In this document: piece by piece, positions 12,083-18,401 of the stretch
Position numbering within the stretch: the first letter of the stretch is position 1
How the letters are laid out: each line of letters begins with the position of its first letter
DNA from: Verrucomicrobiota bacterium
Lineage (GTDB): Bacteria; Verrucomicrobiota; Verrucomicrobiia; Limisphaerales; UBA11358
DNA: 45,366 nucleotides
Direction of reading: 5' to 3'
Assembly (NCBI GenBank): GCA_050011235.1
Contig: JBEKJN010000001.1
Span: 1-45,366 of the forward strand
Notes under the pieces: model-generated
The model's database searches: none
Told to the model about the DNA's origin: nothing
The model's input: only the letters and a program-made list of their open reading frames with translations
Translations under genes and position numbers: made by a program

Positions 12083-12649
12083 ATGACACAAGACGAAGTC
12101 CTCCAGATTTTTCGCGACACCAGCGCGCTGCTTGAAGGCCATTTCATCCTGCGCAGCGGACTCCACAGCCGCCAATACTTTCAATGCGCGCTCGCCCTTC
12201 AGCAAATGCCCGTCGTCGAAAAACTCGGGCAGGCGCTGGCGGACAAAGTCCGCAAGCTGGACGCGGCTACTGTGGTTGCGTCGGCGCTCGGTGGGCTGGT
12301 CATCGGACAGGAAGTCGCGCGGCAACTCGGCGTCCGGTTCATTTTCACGGAAAAGGAGGAAGGCAAACTCGTTTTGCGGCGCGGATTCAAGATTGCGTCC
12401 GGCGAAAAAATCCTCGTTGTCGAGGACGTGGTGACCAAGGGCGGCCGCGTGCAGGAGACGATTGACAACGTCCGTGCGCACGGCGGAAACGTCGTCGGTG
12501 TGGCGGCCATCGTGGACCGCTCGAACGGCGCGGTGAATTTCGGGGTGCCCTTCGCCAGCTTGATTTCTCTCAAAGTCGAGGCGTTCGAGCCGGACAAATT
12601 GCCGCCGGATCTTGCCAACATTCCAGCCGTCAAACCGGGAAGCAAATAA
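12083..12649 (+). CDS. pyrE: orotate phosphoribosyltransferase
   Basis: Motifs GHFILRSGLHSRQYFQC and the PRPP loop ILVVEDVVTKGG. The start is trimmed to MTQDEV (ATG 12083). Confidence 0.93.
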   Translation: MTQDEVLQIFRDTSALLEGHFILRSGLHSRQYFQCALALQQMPVVEKLGQALADKVRKLDAATVVASALGGLVIGQEVARQLGVRFIFTEKEEGKLVLRRGFKIASGEKILVVEDVVTKGGRVQETIDNVRAHGGNVVGVAAIVDRSNGAVNFGVPFASLISLKVEAFEPDKLPPDLANIPAVKPGSK

Positions 12650-12741
12650 TCTTTTCGCGTGAGGCCGTTAGAAAATAAAAGGGATCAGACACTTGGTTCT
12701 CTGCACCCGCTCTCAAAACTTCAACTTGTTTCCCCCTGTCG

Positions 12742-12927
12742 CTAGCGGTTTTCGAGTTCATCAAATGCGCGTTCGGTAATTTCTAAGAGCCTGCCCCGGA
12801 CATCACGGGCATGTTCAACCCATTTGTCGGCACTCCAAATTTCCAGAACATCGCCCAAAATTAAAACAGCAGCGACTTCACCTTGGTTTGGGAGAAGACC
12901 CAAATCACGAAATTCGCGCGGCAGCAC
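12742..12927 (-). pseudogene. 3' part of a small AbrB/MazE/MraZ-like (SpoVT-AbrB fold) ORF whose 5' end was split off by the IS insertion
   Basis: The remaining frame reads LPREFRDLGLLPNQGEVAAVLILGDVLEIWSADKW. Removing the IS and one TSD copy joins it in frame to MAQLECRLVQLLGTKTGL, encoded at 15186-15227 on the minus strand, giving an approximately 79-aa ORF. The fold call is tentative. Confidence 0.45.
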
Positions 12928-12987
12928 TAAACCCGTTTTCGGGATTATGCACTTGACAAGTGTAAGACAAAATGGTATATTTGAGGC

Positions 12988-13983
12988 ATGAAAACTGAAT
13001 TACTGCCAACGCCAAAAGACCTGACACTCTCGCAAGTGATGAAGCGGTTTGGTTGTGAGTCGGATGCGCGGGAATATCTTGAAGCTGTTCGCTGGCCGAA
13101 TGGCGTCGTTTGTCCGCATTGCAAAAACAGCGACCCGAATAAAATCTGGAAAATCCACGCCAACACTGCCAAGAAAATACGCCCCGGTTTGTATCGTTGT
13201 GCCGAATGCGACAAGGAATTTACCGTGACTGTCGGGACGATTTTTGAGGACTCGCATATCCCGCTCTCAAAATGGCTGGTTGCGTGGTATCTCACTGTCA
13301 GTTCCAAAAAAGGGATTAGCGCATTGCAGATTCAACGCTCGCTTGGTTTGGGTAGCTACCGGACGGCATGGATGATGATGCACAAAATCCGGCATTCCAT
13401 GAAAGACCCGGCATTCAGCGAGCCATTGGACGGCGTGTTAGAAGCGGATGAAACCTACGTCGGCGGCAAGCCGCGTCCGCAGTTTGACAAAAGTTTTCCG
13501 CCGAAATTGATTCGCCCAATCAAGAAGAAATCGCCGGTGGTTGCGCTTGTGCAGCGGGGCGGGAAAGTTCGCACAAAAGTCGTGTCGAACGTCAGCCAGA
13601 AAAACCTCAAATTGTTTCTTGGCCTGAACGCCGACCCGAATTCAACCATGAACACAGACCAAGCCCCGATTTATCATCCGATCTTGCGCGGTTTCAAGCG
13701 TCACGATGTCGTGAATCATTCTCGGTTTGAATACGCCCGCCATAATCCTGACGGCACGGTGAGCGGGGTGAATTCCGCCGAGAGCTTTTTCAGTTTGCTT
13801 AAGCGCGGTATCGTTGGTGCGTTCCATCATGTTTCGCCGGAACACTTGCACCGCTATTGTGATGAATTTGGTTTTCGCTGGGACTTCCGAAAAGTCACCG
13901 ATGGCGAGCGAATGATTGAAGGGTTGAAGCGCACGGAAGGGAAACGGCTTCTTTACAAGCAGCCAATTAGCCAAAAGTCCTAG
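12988..13983 (+). CDS. IS1595-family transposase (N-terminal zinc ribbon plus ISXO2-like DDE domain)
   Basis: Motifs ARE.LE.VRWPNGVVCPHCKN...YRCAECDKEFTVTVGTIFEDSHIPL.KW, EADETYVGGK, MNTDQAPIYH and VNHS...NSAESFFSLLKRGIVGAFHHVSPEHLHRYCDEFGFRWDFR. Confidence 0.9.
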   Translation: MKTELLPTPKDLTLSQVMKRFGCESDAREYLEAVRWPNGVVCPHCKNSDPNKIWKIHANTAKKIRPGLYRCAECDKEFTVTVGTIFEDSHIPLSKWLVAWYLTVSSKKGISALQIQRSLGLGSYRTAWMMMHKIRHSMKDPAFSEPLDGVLEADETYVGGKPRPQFDKSFPPKLIRPIKKKSPVVALVQRGGKVRTKVVSNVSQKNLKLFLGLNADPNSTMNTDQAPIYHPILRGFKRHDVVNHSRFEYARHNPDGTVSGVNSAESFFSLLKRGIVGAFHHVSPEHLHRYCDEFGFRWDFRKVTDGERMIEGLKRTEGKRLLYKQPISQKS

Positions 13984-14095
13984 TTTTCAAATTGTATCAC
14001 AAAGCTACAACTTAATATCAACTTGGACAACAAACATTGGTTTTGAACAATTATTCCTTTGAAAAAGGCCCCGGCGTGCGCCATGCTACTCAAAG

Positions 14096-14198
14096 TGGTG
14101 CGGATGGCGGGATTTGAACCCGCAAGGCCGTTTATCCTTTACTAGAGGCGGCCACTGGCTTCCAAGGCCAGAGCGTTTACCAGTTTCGCCACATCCGC
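14096..14198 (-). tRNA. class-II tRNA with a leucine-type body, anticodon UGG (proline codons), a 31-nt variable arm and an encoded CCA
   Basis: Hand fold of the reverse complement: GCGGAUG-UG-GCG-AAACUGGUAAA-CGC-U-CUGGC-CUUGGAA-GCCAG-[31 nt: UGGCCGCCUCUAGUAAAGGAUAAACGGCCUU]-GCGGG-UUCAAAU-CCCGC-CAUCCGC-A-CCA. The anticodon is at 14162-14164. The D arm closely resembles that of E. coli tRNA-Leu. Confidence 0.75.
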
Positions 14199-14206
14199 AT
14201 CGGCAG

Positions 14207-14278
14207 TGGTGGAGCTAGAGGGAATCAAACCCTCTGCGGCGCAGGTGGAAATCCGTCCGCACCTTCACAGGTAGCCCC
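14207..14278 (-). ncRNA. tRNA-Ala-like / tmRNA-TLD-like RNA: Ala-type acceptor stem (G3:U70) and a T arm, without canonical D or anticodon arms; encoded CCA
   Basis: Reverse complement: GGGGCUA-CCUGUGAA-GGUGCGG-ACGGAUUUCCAC-CUGCGCC-GCA-GAGGG-UUUGAUU-CCCUC-UAGCUCC-A-CCA. The G.U pair is between 14276 and 14213. The T loop has U instead of C56. It ends 8 nt upstream of the next tRNA gene. Confidence 0.5.
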
Positions 14279-14289
14279 GCAGTCGTATA

Positions 14290-14319
14290 ACAGCCCCGGA
14301 TGTAACAGTCCGGGGCTGT
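14290..14319 (-). terminator. strong hairpin after the cargo ORF (terminator or processing signal)
   Basis: An 11-bp stem (acagccccgga / tccggggctgt) with an 8-nt loop. On the minus strand it is followed by UUAUAC, only a weak U tract, then the tRNA-like gene. Confidence 0.4.
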
Positions 14320-14369
14320 CCAATTCTACACAGTAATATGCTTCTTTTGCTTTCAAAAGTAAACCAGAT

Positions 14370-14783
14370 TTAGGCAGCCCATGTCCACAGACCACTCTTC
14401 TCTTGGACGCGGTCTTCGTCCTTAAGGTGGTTAAGAATTCTACGGGTTGTGCCATATTTAGTGCCCGACTCAGCGGTGATTTCTTTAATGGTGGCACCGC
14501 TGCCATTTCTGTTTTTTAGGAAATCGGAAACCAGTTTCTCAGATTGCCCCTTCTTAATCCGGCCATGCGGGGTTTTCTCTATCCGCACTATTGGTTGGGG
14601 GTTTGGGGGGCCAATGATACTGCTCCTTGTATATTCAGGGCCTAAACCAAAACTCTGTTTTAATGCCTTGATCTGCTTGGAAAGAGCAGAGACTCTGTCA
14701 ATAAGCGCACGGCGCTGTCGCTCCAGAATAGTCAAAAACTCTGGGGCTGATTCTTCTGTGACTTCAACGTTCATTGTTTTCAT
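14370..14783 (-). CDS. IS cargo protein: N-terminal coiled coil plus C-terminal winged-helix-like DNA-binding domain (hypothetical)
   Basis: 137-aa ORF. ILERQRRALIDRVSALSKQIKALKQ has heptad character. The C-terminus SEKLVSDFLKNRNGSGATIKEITAESGTKYGTTRRILNHLKDEDRVQEKSGLWTW looks like a wHTH. No family name assigned. Confidence 0.6.
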   Translation of the reverse strand: MKTMNVEVTEESAPEFLTILERQRRALIDRVSALSKQIKALKQSFGLGPEYTRSSIIGPPNPQPIVRIEKTPHGRIKKGQSEKLVSDFLKNRNGSGATIKEITAESGTKYGTTRRILNHLKDEDRVQEKSGLWTWAA

Positions 14784-14980
14784 AATGTTTTTTTGGCTTA
14801 AACATCTCTGCCCAAGTTAAGAGACTTGGAAGTCCATATCAAGAAAAATTTTCGAAAAAGTTACAAAAACGATATTCCCAAATAAAATCAACGGAAATTC
14901 ACCGTCAACGTTGAGCAACGATGATTTATTCGCCACGGTGAATAAAATTTACCGCGACTTTACTGGCAAACCCAGATAAA

Positions 14981-15112
14981 ATGGCTGGCGTGAAACAAAA
15001 GCCTGAATACACAAAGCCTTGCGTTTCAATGGATTTTGACGAAGTAATGCGCCGGGTGGTGCGCGTCAAACCAGAGAAACCCAAGAAGCCAGCCAAGCGG
15101 AAACACAAGTAA
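14981..15112 (+). CDS. possible 43-aa lysine-rich small ORF inside the IS, divergent from the 137-aa ORF
   Basis: My own translation: MAGVKQKPEYTKPCVSMDFDEVMRRVVRVKPEKPKKPAKRKHK*. It is below the ORF-track size cutoff. There is no other support. Confidence 0.25.
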   Translation: MAGVKQKPEYTKPCVSMDFDEVMRRVVRVKPEKPKKPAKRKHK

Positions 15113-15377
15113 AACCGCTAGTTTGTGCCATCGTTTCCAATTTTGTCACGCTTCCACTTGTCAAGTGCATAATCCCGCCCGTTTTTGTGCCAAGCAATTG
15201 TACCAAACGGCACTCCAACTGAGCCATTCCGTCGCTTTTGGCACAACTTTTATCGCTTCTTAAAACGGGAAAAAGTTAAAATTGTCCTATGTTTACAATG
15301 GTTTTATCATCATTTCCGCTGCGCGGCATCGCCATTGCTTGGAATACAGCCGAAGCAGTGTAACTACATAGAAATTT

Positions 15378-17333
15378 ATGGCAAAAGTTTTAGGCATTGA
15401 TTTGGGAACAACGAACTCCTGCATGGCGGTCATGGAAGGCGGCGAGCCGTTGGTTTTGGAAAATTCCGAGGGCAAACGCACCACGCCATCCGTCGTCGCG
15501 TTCACCAAGAGCGGCGAGCGGCTGGTTGGCGAGGCCGCCAAGCGCCAGGCCGTCACCAACTCGCGCAACACCGTTTACTCCATCAAGCGCTTCATGGGCC
15601 GCAAATTCGACGAGGTGTCGGAGGAAATCAAACGCGTGCCCTACAAAGTCGTGAAAACGTCCAACGGCGACGCCGCCGTGGAAGTGGAAGTGGACGGCAA
15701 ACCGAAACAATTTTCGCCGCCCGAAATTTCCGCAATGATCCTCTCCAAGATGAAAGCCGACGCCGAAATGCGTCTGAGCGAAAAAATCACGCAGGCCGTC
15801 GTCACCGTTCCCGCTTACTTCAACGACTCGCAACGCCAGGCCACCAAGGACGCCGGCAAAATCGCCGGCCTCGAGGTGCTGCGCATCATCAACGAGCCGA
15901 CCGCCGCGTCGCTCGCCTACGGCCTCGACAAAAAGAAGGACGAGAAAATCGCCGTCTATGATTTGGGCGGCGGCACGTTCGACATTTCCGTTCTCGAAAT
16001 CGGCGACGGCGTTTTCGAGGTGAAGGCCACCAACGGCGACACACACCTGGGCGGCGACGATTGGGACGGCCGCCTCATGGATTGGATTCTCGACGAGTTC
16101 AAAAAGGAATCCGGCATGGATTTGCGCAAGCAACCCGACGCGCTCCAGCGCATCAAGGAAGAAGCCGAGAAGGCCAAAATCGCCCTCAGTTCCGCGCAGC
16201 AATACGAAATCAATCTGCCGTTCATCACCGCGGACGCCAGCGGGCCGAAGCACATCCAGAAAACGCTGACCCGCGCGAAAATGGAACAGCTTTGCGACGC
16301 GCTGTTCGAGCGCACCATCGCGCCGGTGAAGGCTTGTTTGAAGGACGCCGCCATTGACGCGGTGAAGATTGACGAGCTCGTGCTCGTCGGCGGCATGACC
16401 CGCATGCCGAAAGTCGTCGAAGTGGCGCACTCGCTCGTCAACAAACCGCCGCATCAGGGCGTCAACCCGGACGAAGTCGTCGCCATCGGCGCCGGCATCC
16501 AGGGCGGCGTGCTCAAGGGCGAAGTCAAGGACGTGCTCCTGCTCGACGTGACGCCGCTGTCACTCGGCATCGAGACGCTCGGCGGCGTGTTCACGCGACT
16601 CATCGAGCGGAACACCACGATTCCGTCGCGCAAATCGGAAATTTTCTCCACCGCCTCGGACAACCAGCCGGGCGTGGAAATCCACGTGCTCCAGGGCGAA
16701 CGCCAGTTCGCCCGCGACAACCGGACCATCGGCAAGTTTCATCTCACCGACATTCCGCCCGCCCCGCGCGGCGTGCCGCAGGTCGAGGTGACGTTCGACA
16801 TTGACGCCAACGGCATTTTGCATGTGGGCGCCAAGGACCTTGGCACGGGCAAGGAACAGAAGATCACCATCACCGCCAGCAGCGGCCTCGCGAAGGACGA
16901 AATCGAGAAGATGCGTCGCGACGCCGAGGCGCACGCCGACGAGGACAAACAAAAGAAGGAAGAAGTCGAGACGCGCAACGAAGCCGAAAACGCGGTGTAT
17001 CGCTCCGAGAAAATGCTCAAGGAAACTGGCGACAAGATTTCCGGCGACGACAAGGGCAAGATTGAGAAGACCGTGGCGGACGTGAAGGAAGCGCTGAAGG
17101 GCAGCGACGCGGCCGCCATCAAATCCGCCGCCGAGAAGCTGAACGAAGTGTGGCAGGCCGTGAGTGCTGAACTTTACAAATCCGCCGCCGCGAAGGCGCA
17201 GGCTGAAAAAGACCAGACCGGCGGCCAATCCGGCCAACCGCAAGGCGAACCGAAGTCCGACGACAAAAAGAAGGACGAAGGCGTGATTGACGCGGAGGTC
17301 GTGGACGAGAAGAAACAACCTAAAACGTTGTGA
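15378..17333 (+). CDS. dnaK: molecular chaperone DnaK (Hsp70)
   Basis: 651 aa with [26 protein letters not shown] and [12 protein letters not shown]. Confidence 0.97.
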   Translation: MAKVLGIDLGTTNSCMAVMEGGEPLVLENSEGKRTTPSVVAFTKSGERLVGEAAKRQAVTNSRNTVYSIKRFMGRKFDEVSEEIKRVPYKVVKTSNGDAAVEVEVDGKPKQFSPPEISAMILSKMKADAEMRLSEKITQAVVTVPAYFNDSQRQATKDAGKIAGLEVLRIINEPTAASLAYGLDKKKDEKIAVYDLGGGTFDISVLEIGDGVFEVKATNGDTHLGGDDWDGRLMDWILDEFKKESGMDLRKQPDALQRIKEEAEKAKIALSSAQQYEINLPFITADASGPKHIQKTLTRAKMEQLCDALFERTIAPVKACLKDAAIDAVKIDELVLVGGMTRMPKVVEVAHSLVNKPPHQGVNPDEVVAIGAGIQGGVLKGEVKDVLLLDVTPLSLGIETLGGVFTRLIERNTTIPSRKSEIFSTASDNQPGVEIHVLQGERQFARDNRTIGKFHLTDIPPAPRGVPQVEVTFDIDANGILHVGAKDLGTGKEQKITITASSGLAKDEIEKMRRDAEAHADEDKQKKEEVETRNEAENAVYRSEKMLKETGDKISGDDKGKIEKTVADVKEALKGSDAAAIKSAAEKLNEVWQAVSAELYKSAAAKAQAEKDQTGGQSGQPQGEPKSDDKKKDEGVIDAEVVDEKKQPKTL

Positions 17334-17334
17334 T

Positions 17335-17379
17335 TGAATAATTTTCCCATCGCGGGCGCGGTGGGATTTGGTTACGATT
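17335..17379 (+). repeat. conserved 45-nt hairpin element, copy A (immediately after the dnaK stop)
   Basis: tgaataattttcccatcgcgggcgcggtgggatttggttacgatt matches copy B at 41/45 positions. The hairpin 17345-17353/17358-17366 is 9 bp and includes a G.U pair, so it folds only on the + strand RNA. Confidence 0.75.
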
Positions 17380-17397
17380 GGCGGTTCAAAACCAAAA

Positions 17398-17805
17398 ATG
17401 AATGCCGGGAAAGCCAATGTTCGCATGACCGAATGGGACAAGGACAAGACCTGTCGCCTCGGGACCCGGTATCAGTTCTGGCTGAAGTTGTCCGAGCGGC
17501 CGGACCCGGACTGGCAGCATTGTTTCCGGGAAATCTGTGACCGGATGGATACGCAGCAGCCGTTCCGGGCCGACCTGATGATACCGCTGGTTGAGCGCGA
17601 ACAGTCCTATGCCCGGGTGCTGGGCGACCCGCGCGAGTTCGAGGGCCTCCTGTATCCGCGATTAAGGGAAGCCGTCCGGCGGGCCAATGAAATGTTTGAT
17701 GACCAGCAGGAAGAAGAAAGACACAGGGGCCTGCACATGACCGCCAAACGGGCGGAGGACGAGCGAGTCATCGCCGAGCTGAAAACGAGATTTCGGGTGG
17801 ACTGA
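17398..17805 (+). CDS. hypothetical protein between dnaK and groES
   Basis: This is ORF 17368..17805. The ATG at 17398 (MNAGKANVRMTEWDKDKT...) is preferred because the upstream TTG lies inside the hairpin element. GC is host-like. No domain recognised. Confidence 0.5.
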   Translation: MNAGKANVRMTEWDKDKTCRLGTRYQFWLKLSERPDPDWQHCFREICDRMDTQQPFRADLMIPLVEREQSYARVLGDPREFEGLLYPRLREAVRRANEMFDDQQEEERHRGLHMTAKRAEDERVIAELKTRFRVD

Positions 17806-17887
17806 ATTTTCCCGCCGCAAGTGCGAATAAATTTTTGAAAGCAGGATGAATGTGACGAAAGCAAATTTGAGCAACGAGATTGAAGCT

Positions 17888-17986
17888 GGGGAACACACGC
17901 GCCCTCGCGTGTTCTGGTGGACGCCCCGTCCGCCAGACGTTCGGCGCGAGGCGCGTCGAACCGCATCCGGGGCGGGTGCGCTCCCC
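17888..17986. repeat. REP-like array of three GC-rich hairpins flanked by GGGGA/TCCCC
   Basis: Stems are acacgcg/cgcgtgt (17895-17912), ggacg/cgtcc (17919-17931) and ttcggcgcg/cgcgtcgaa with loop agg (about 17940-17960). Confidence 0.6.
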
Positions 17987-17992
17987 GAAACA

Positions 17993-18037
17993 TAAATAAT
18001 TTTCCCGTCGCGGGTGCGGTGGGATTTGATTACGATT
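17993..18037 (+). repeat. conserved 45-nt hairpin element, copy B (28 nt upstream of the groES ATG)
   Basis: Sequence is taaataattttcccgtcgcgggtgcggtgggatttgattacgatt. It forms the same hairpin as copy A, with A-U replaced by G.U. Confidence 0.75.
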
Positions 18038-18065
18038 AACAAACCAACAACCAAGAACACAAACT

Positions 18066-18359
18066 ATGGCACTAAACGTTAAACCGATTGGAGACCGCAT
18101 CCTGGTCGAGCCGGTCGAAGAGAAGGAAACCAAGAAGGGCGGCATCATCATTCCCGATACCGCCAAGGAAAAGCCGCAGGAAGGCATCATCATCGCTCTC
18201 GGCACCGGCAAAACCGACGACAACGGCAAGAAAATCCCGTTTGAAGTCAAAAAGGGCGACCGCGTGCTCGTCTCCAAATACGGCGGCACGGAAATCAAAA
18301 TTGACAACAAGGAATACAAGATTCTGTCCTCGGACGACATTTTGGCCGTGCTCGACTAA
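18066..18359 (+). CDS. groES: co-chaperonin GroES
   Basis: 97 aa: [35 protein letters not shown]...[14 protein letters not shown]. Confidence 0.96.
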   Translation: MALNVKPIGDRILVEPVEEKETKKGGIIIPDTAKEKPQEGIIIALGTGKTDDNGKKIPFEVKKGDRVLVSKYGGTEIKIDNKEYKILSSDDILAVLD

Positions 18360-18401
18360 CATTCACCCAACCATCAACTTTTAACCAAGAACCAAAAAAA
18401 T

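Larger units (their letters stand above)
12940..15177 (+). mobile_element. IS1595-family insertion element with passenger genes (2,238 bp)
   Basis: IR-L cgggattatgcacttgacaagtg (12940-12962) is the exact reverse complement of 15155-15177. An 8-bp direct repeat cccgtttt sits at 12932-12939 and 15178-15185. The element contains a zinc-ribbon/ISXO2-like transposase. GC is visibly lower than in the flanks. Confidence 0.88.

Noticed and set aside
11200-12147. 315-aa minus-strand ORF overlapping the HExxH membrane protein, the REP element and the pyrE start.
   Set aside because: It is in an alternative frame to the TM-rich 11289..11942 frame, runs through a palindromic repeat and has a low-complexity Arg/Gly-rich product.
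14096-14198. Reading the first cargo tRNA as an ordinary tRNA-Pro(UGG) or an ordinary tRNA-Leu.
   Set aside because: It is not an ordinary tRNA-Pro, because it has a 3-bp D stem, a long variable arm and A73 (class-II, Leu-type features). It is not an ordinary tRNA-Leu, because the 7-nt loop CUUGGAA closed by the perfect CUGGC/GCCAG stem gives anticodon UGG, which is not a Leu anticodon. A sequencing error in the loop cannot be excluded from one read of the sequence.
14225-14506. 93-aa minus-strand ORF overlapping the tRNA-like RNA, the hairpin and the 3' end of the 137-aa ORF.
   Set aside because: It reads through the structured RNA and the hairpin. The 137-aa frame has the more protein-like sequence.
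14926-15108. 60-aa minus-strand ORF near the right IS end.
   Set aside because: The translation has an odd composition (MCFRLAGFLGFSGLTRTTRR...). It lies opposite the slightly more plausible 43-aa + strand ORF. Neither is strongly supported.
15143-15173. An outward-facing promoter in the right IS end directed at dnaK.
   Set aside because: TTGTCA and CATAAT are present, but they are separated by 19 nt. It is mentioned only as a possibility in a finding and is not called as a feature.
15239-15254. Sigma54-like TGGCAC motif (ttggcacaacttttatcg) upstream of dnaK.
   Set aside because: The -12 element reads TTAT instead of TTGC at the required spacing. The conserved GC is missing.
15186-15377. 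CIRCE (TTAGCACTC-N9-GAGTGCTAA) or HAIR operators upstream of dnaK, also searched for in 17806-18065 upstream of groES.
   Set aside because: No match close to either consensus was found by eye.
15390-16454. 354-aa minus-strand ORF antisense to dnaK. The ORF at 16560..17447 is a similar case.
   Set aside because: These are shadow ORFs opposite an unambiguous Hsp70 frame.
17368-17397. The upstream TTG start given by the ORF track for the dnaK-groES spacer ORF.
   Set aside because: The TTG lies within the conserved hairpin element. The ATG at 17398, preceded by a CA-rich leader like those of groES and groEL, is more plausible. The start remains uncertain.
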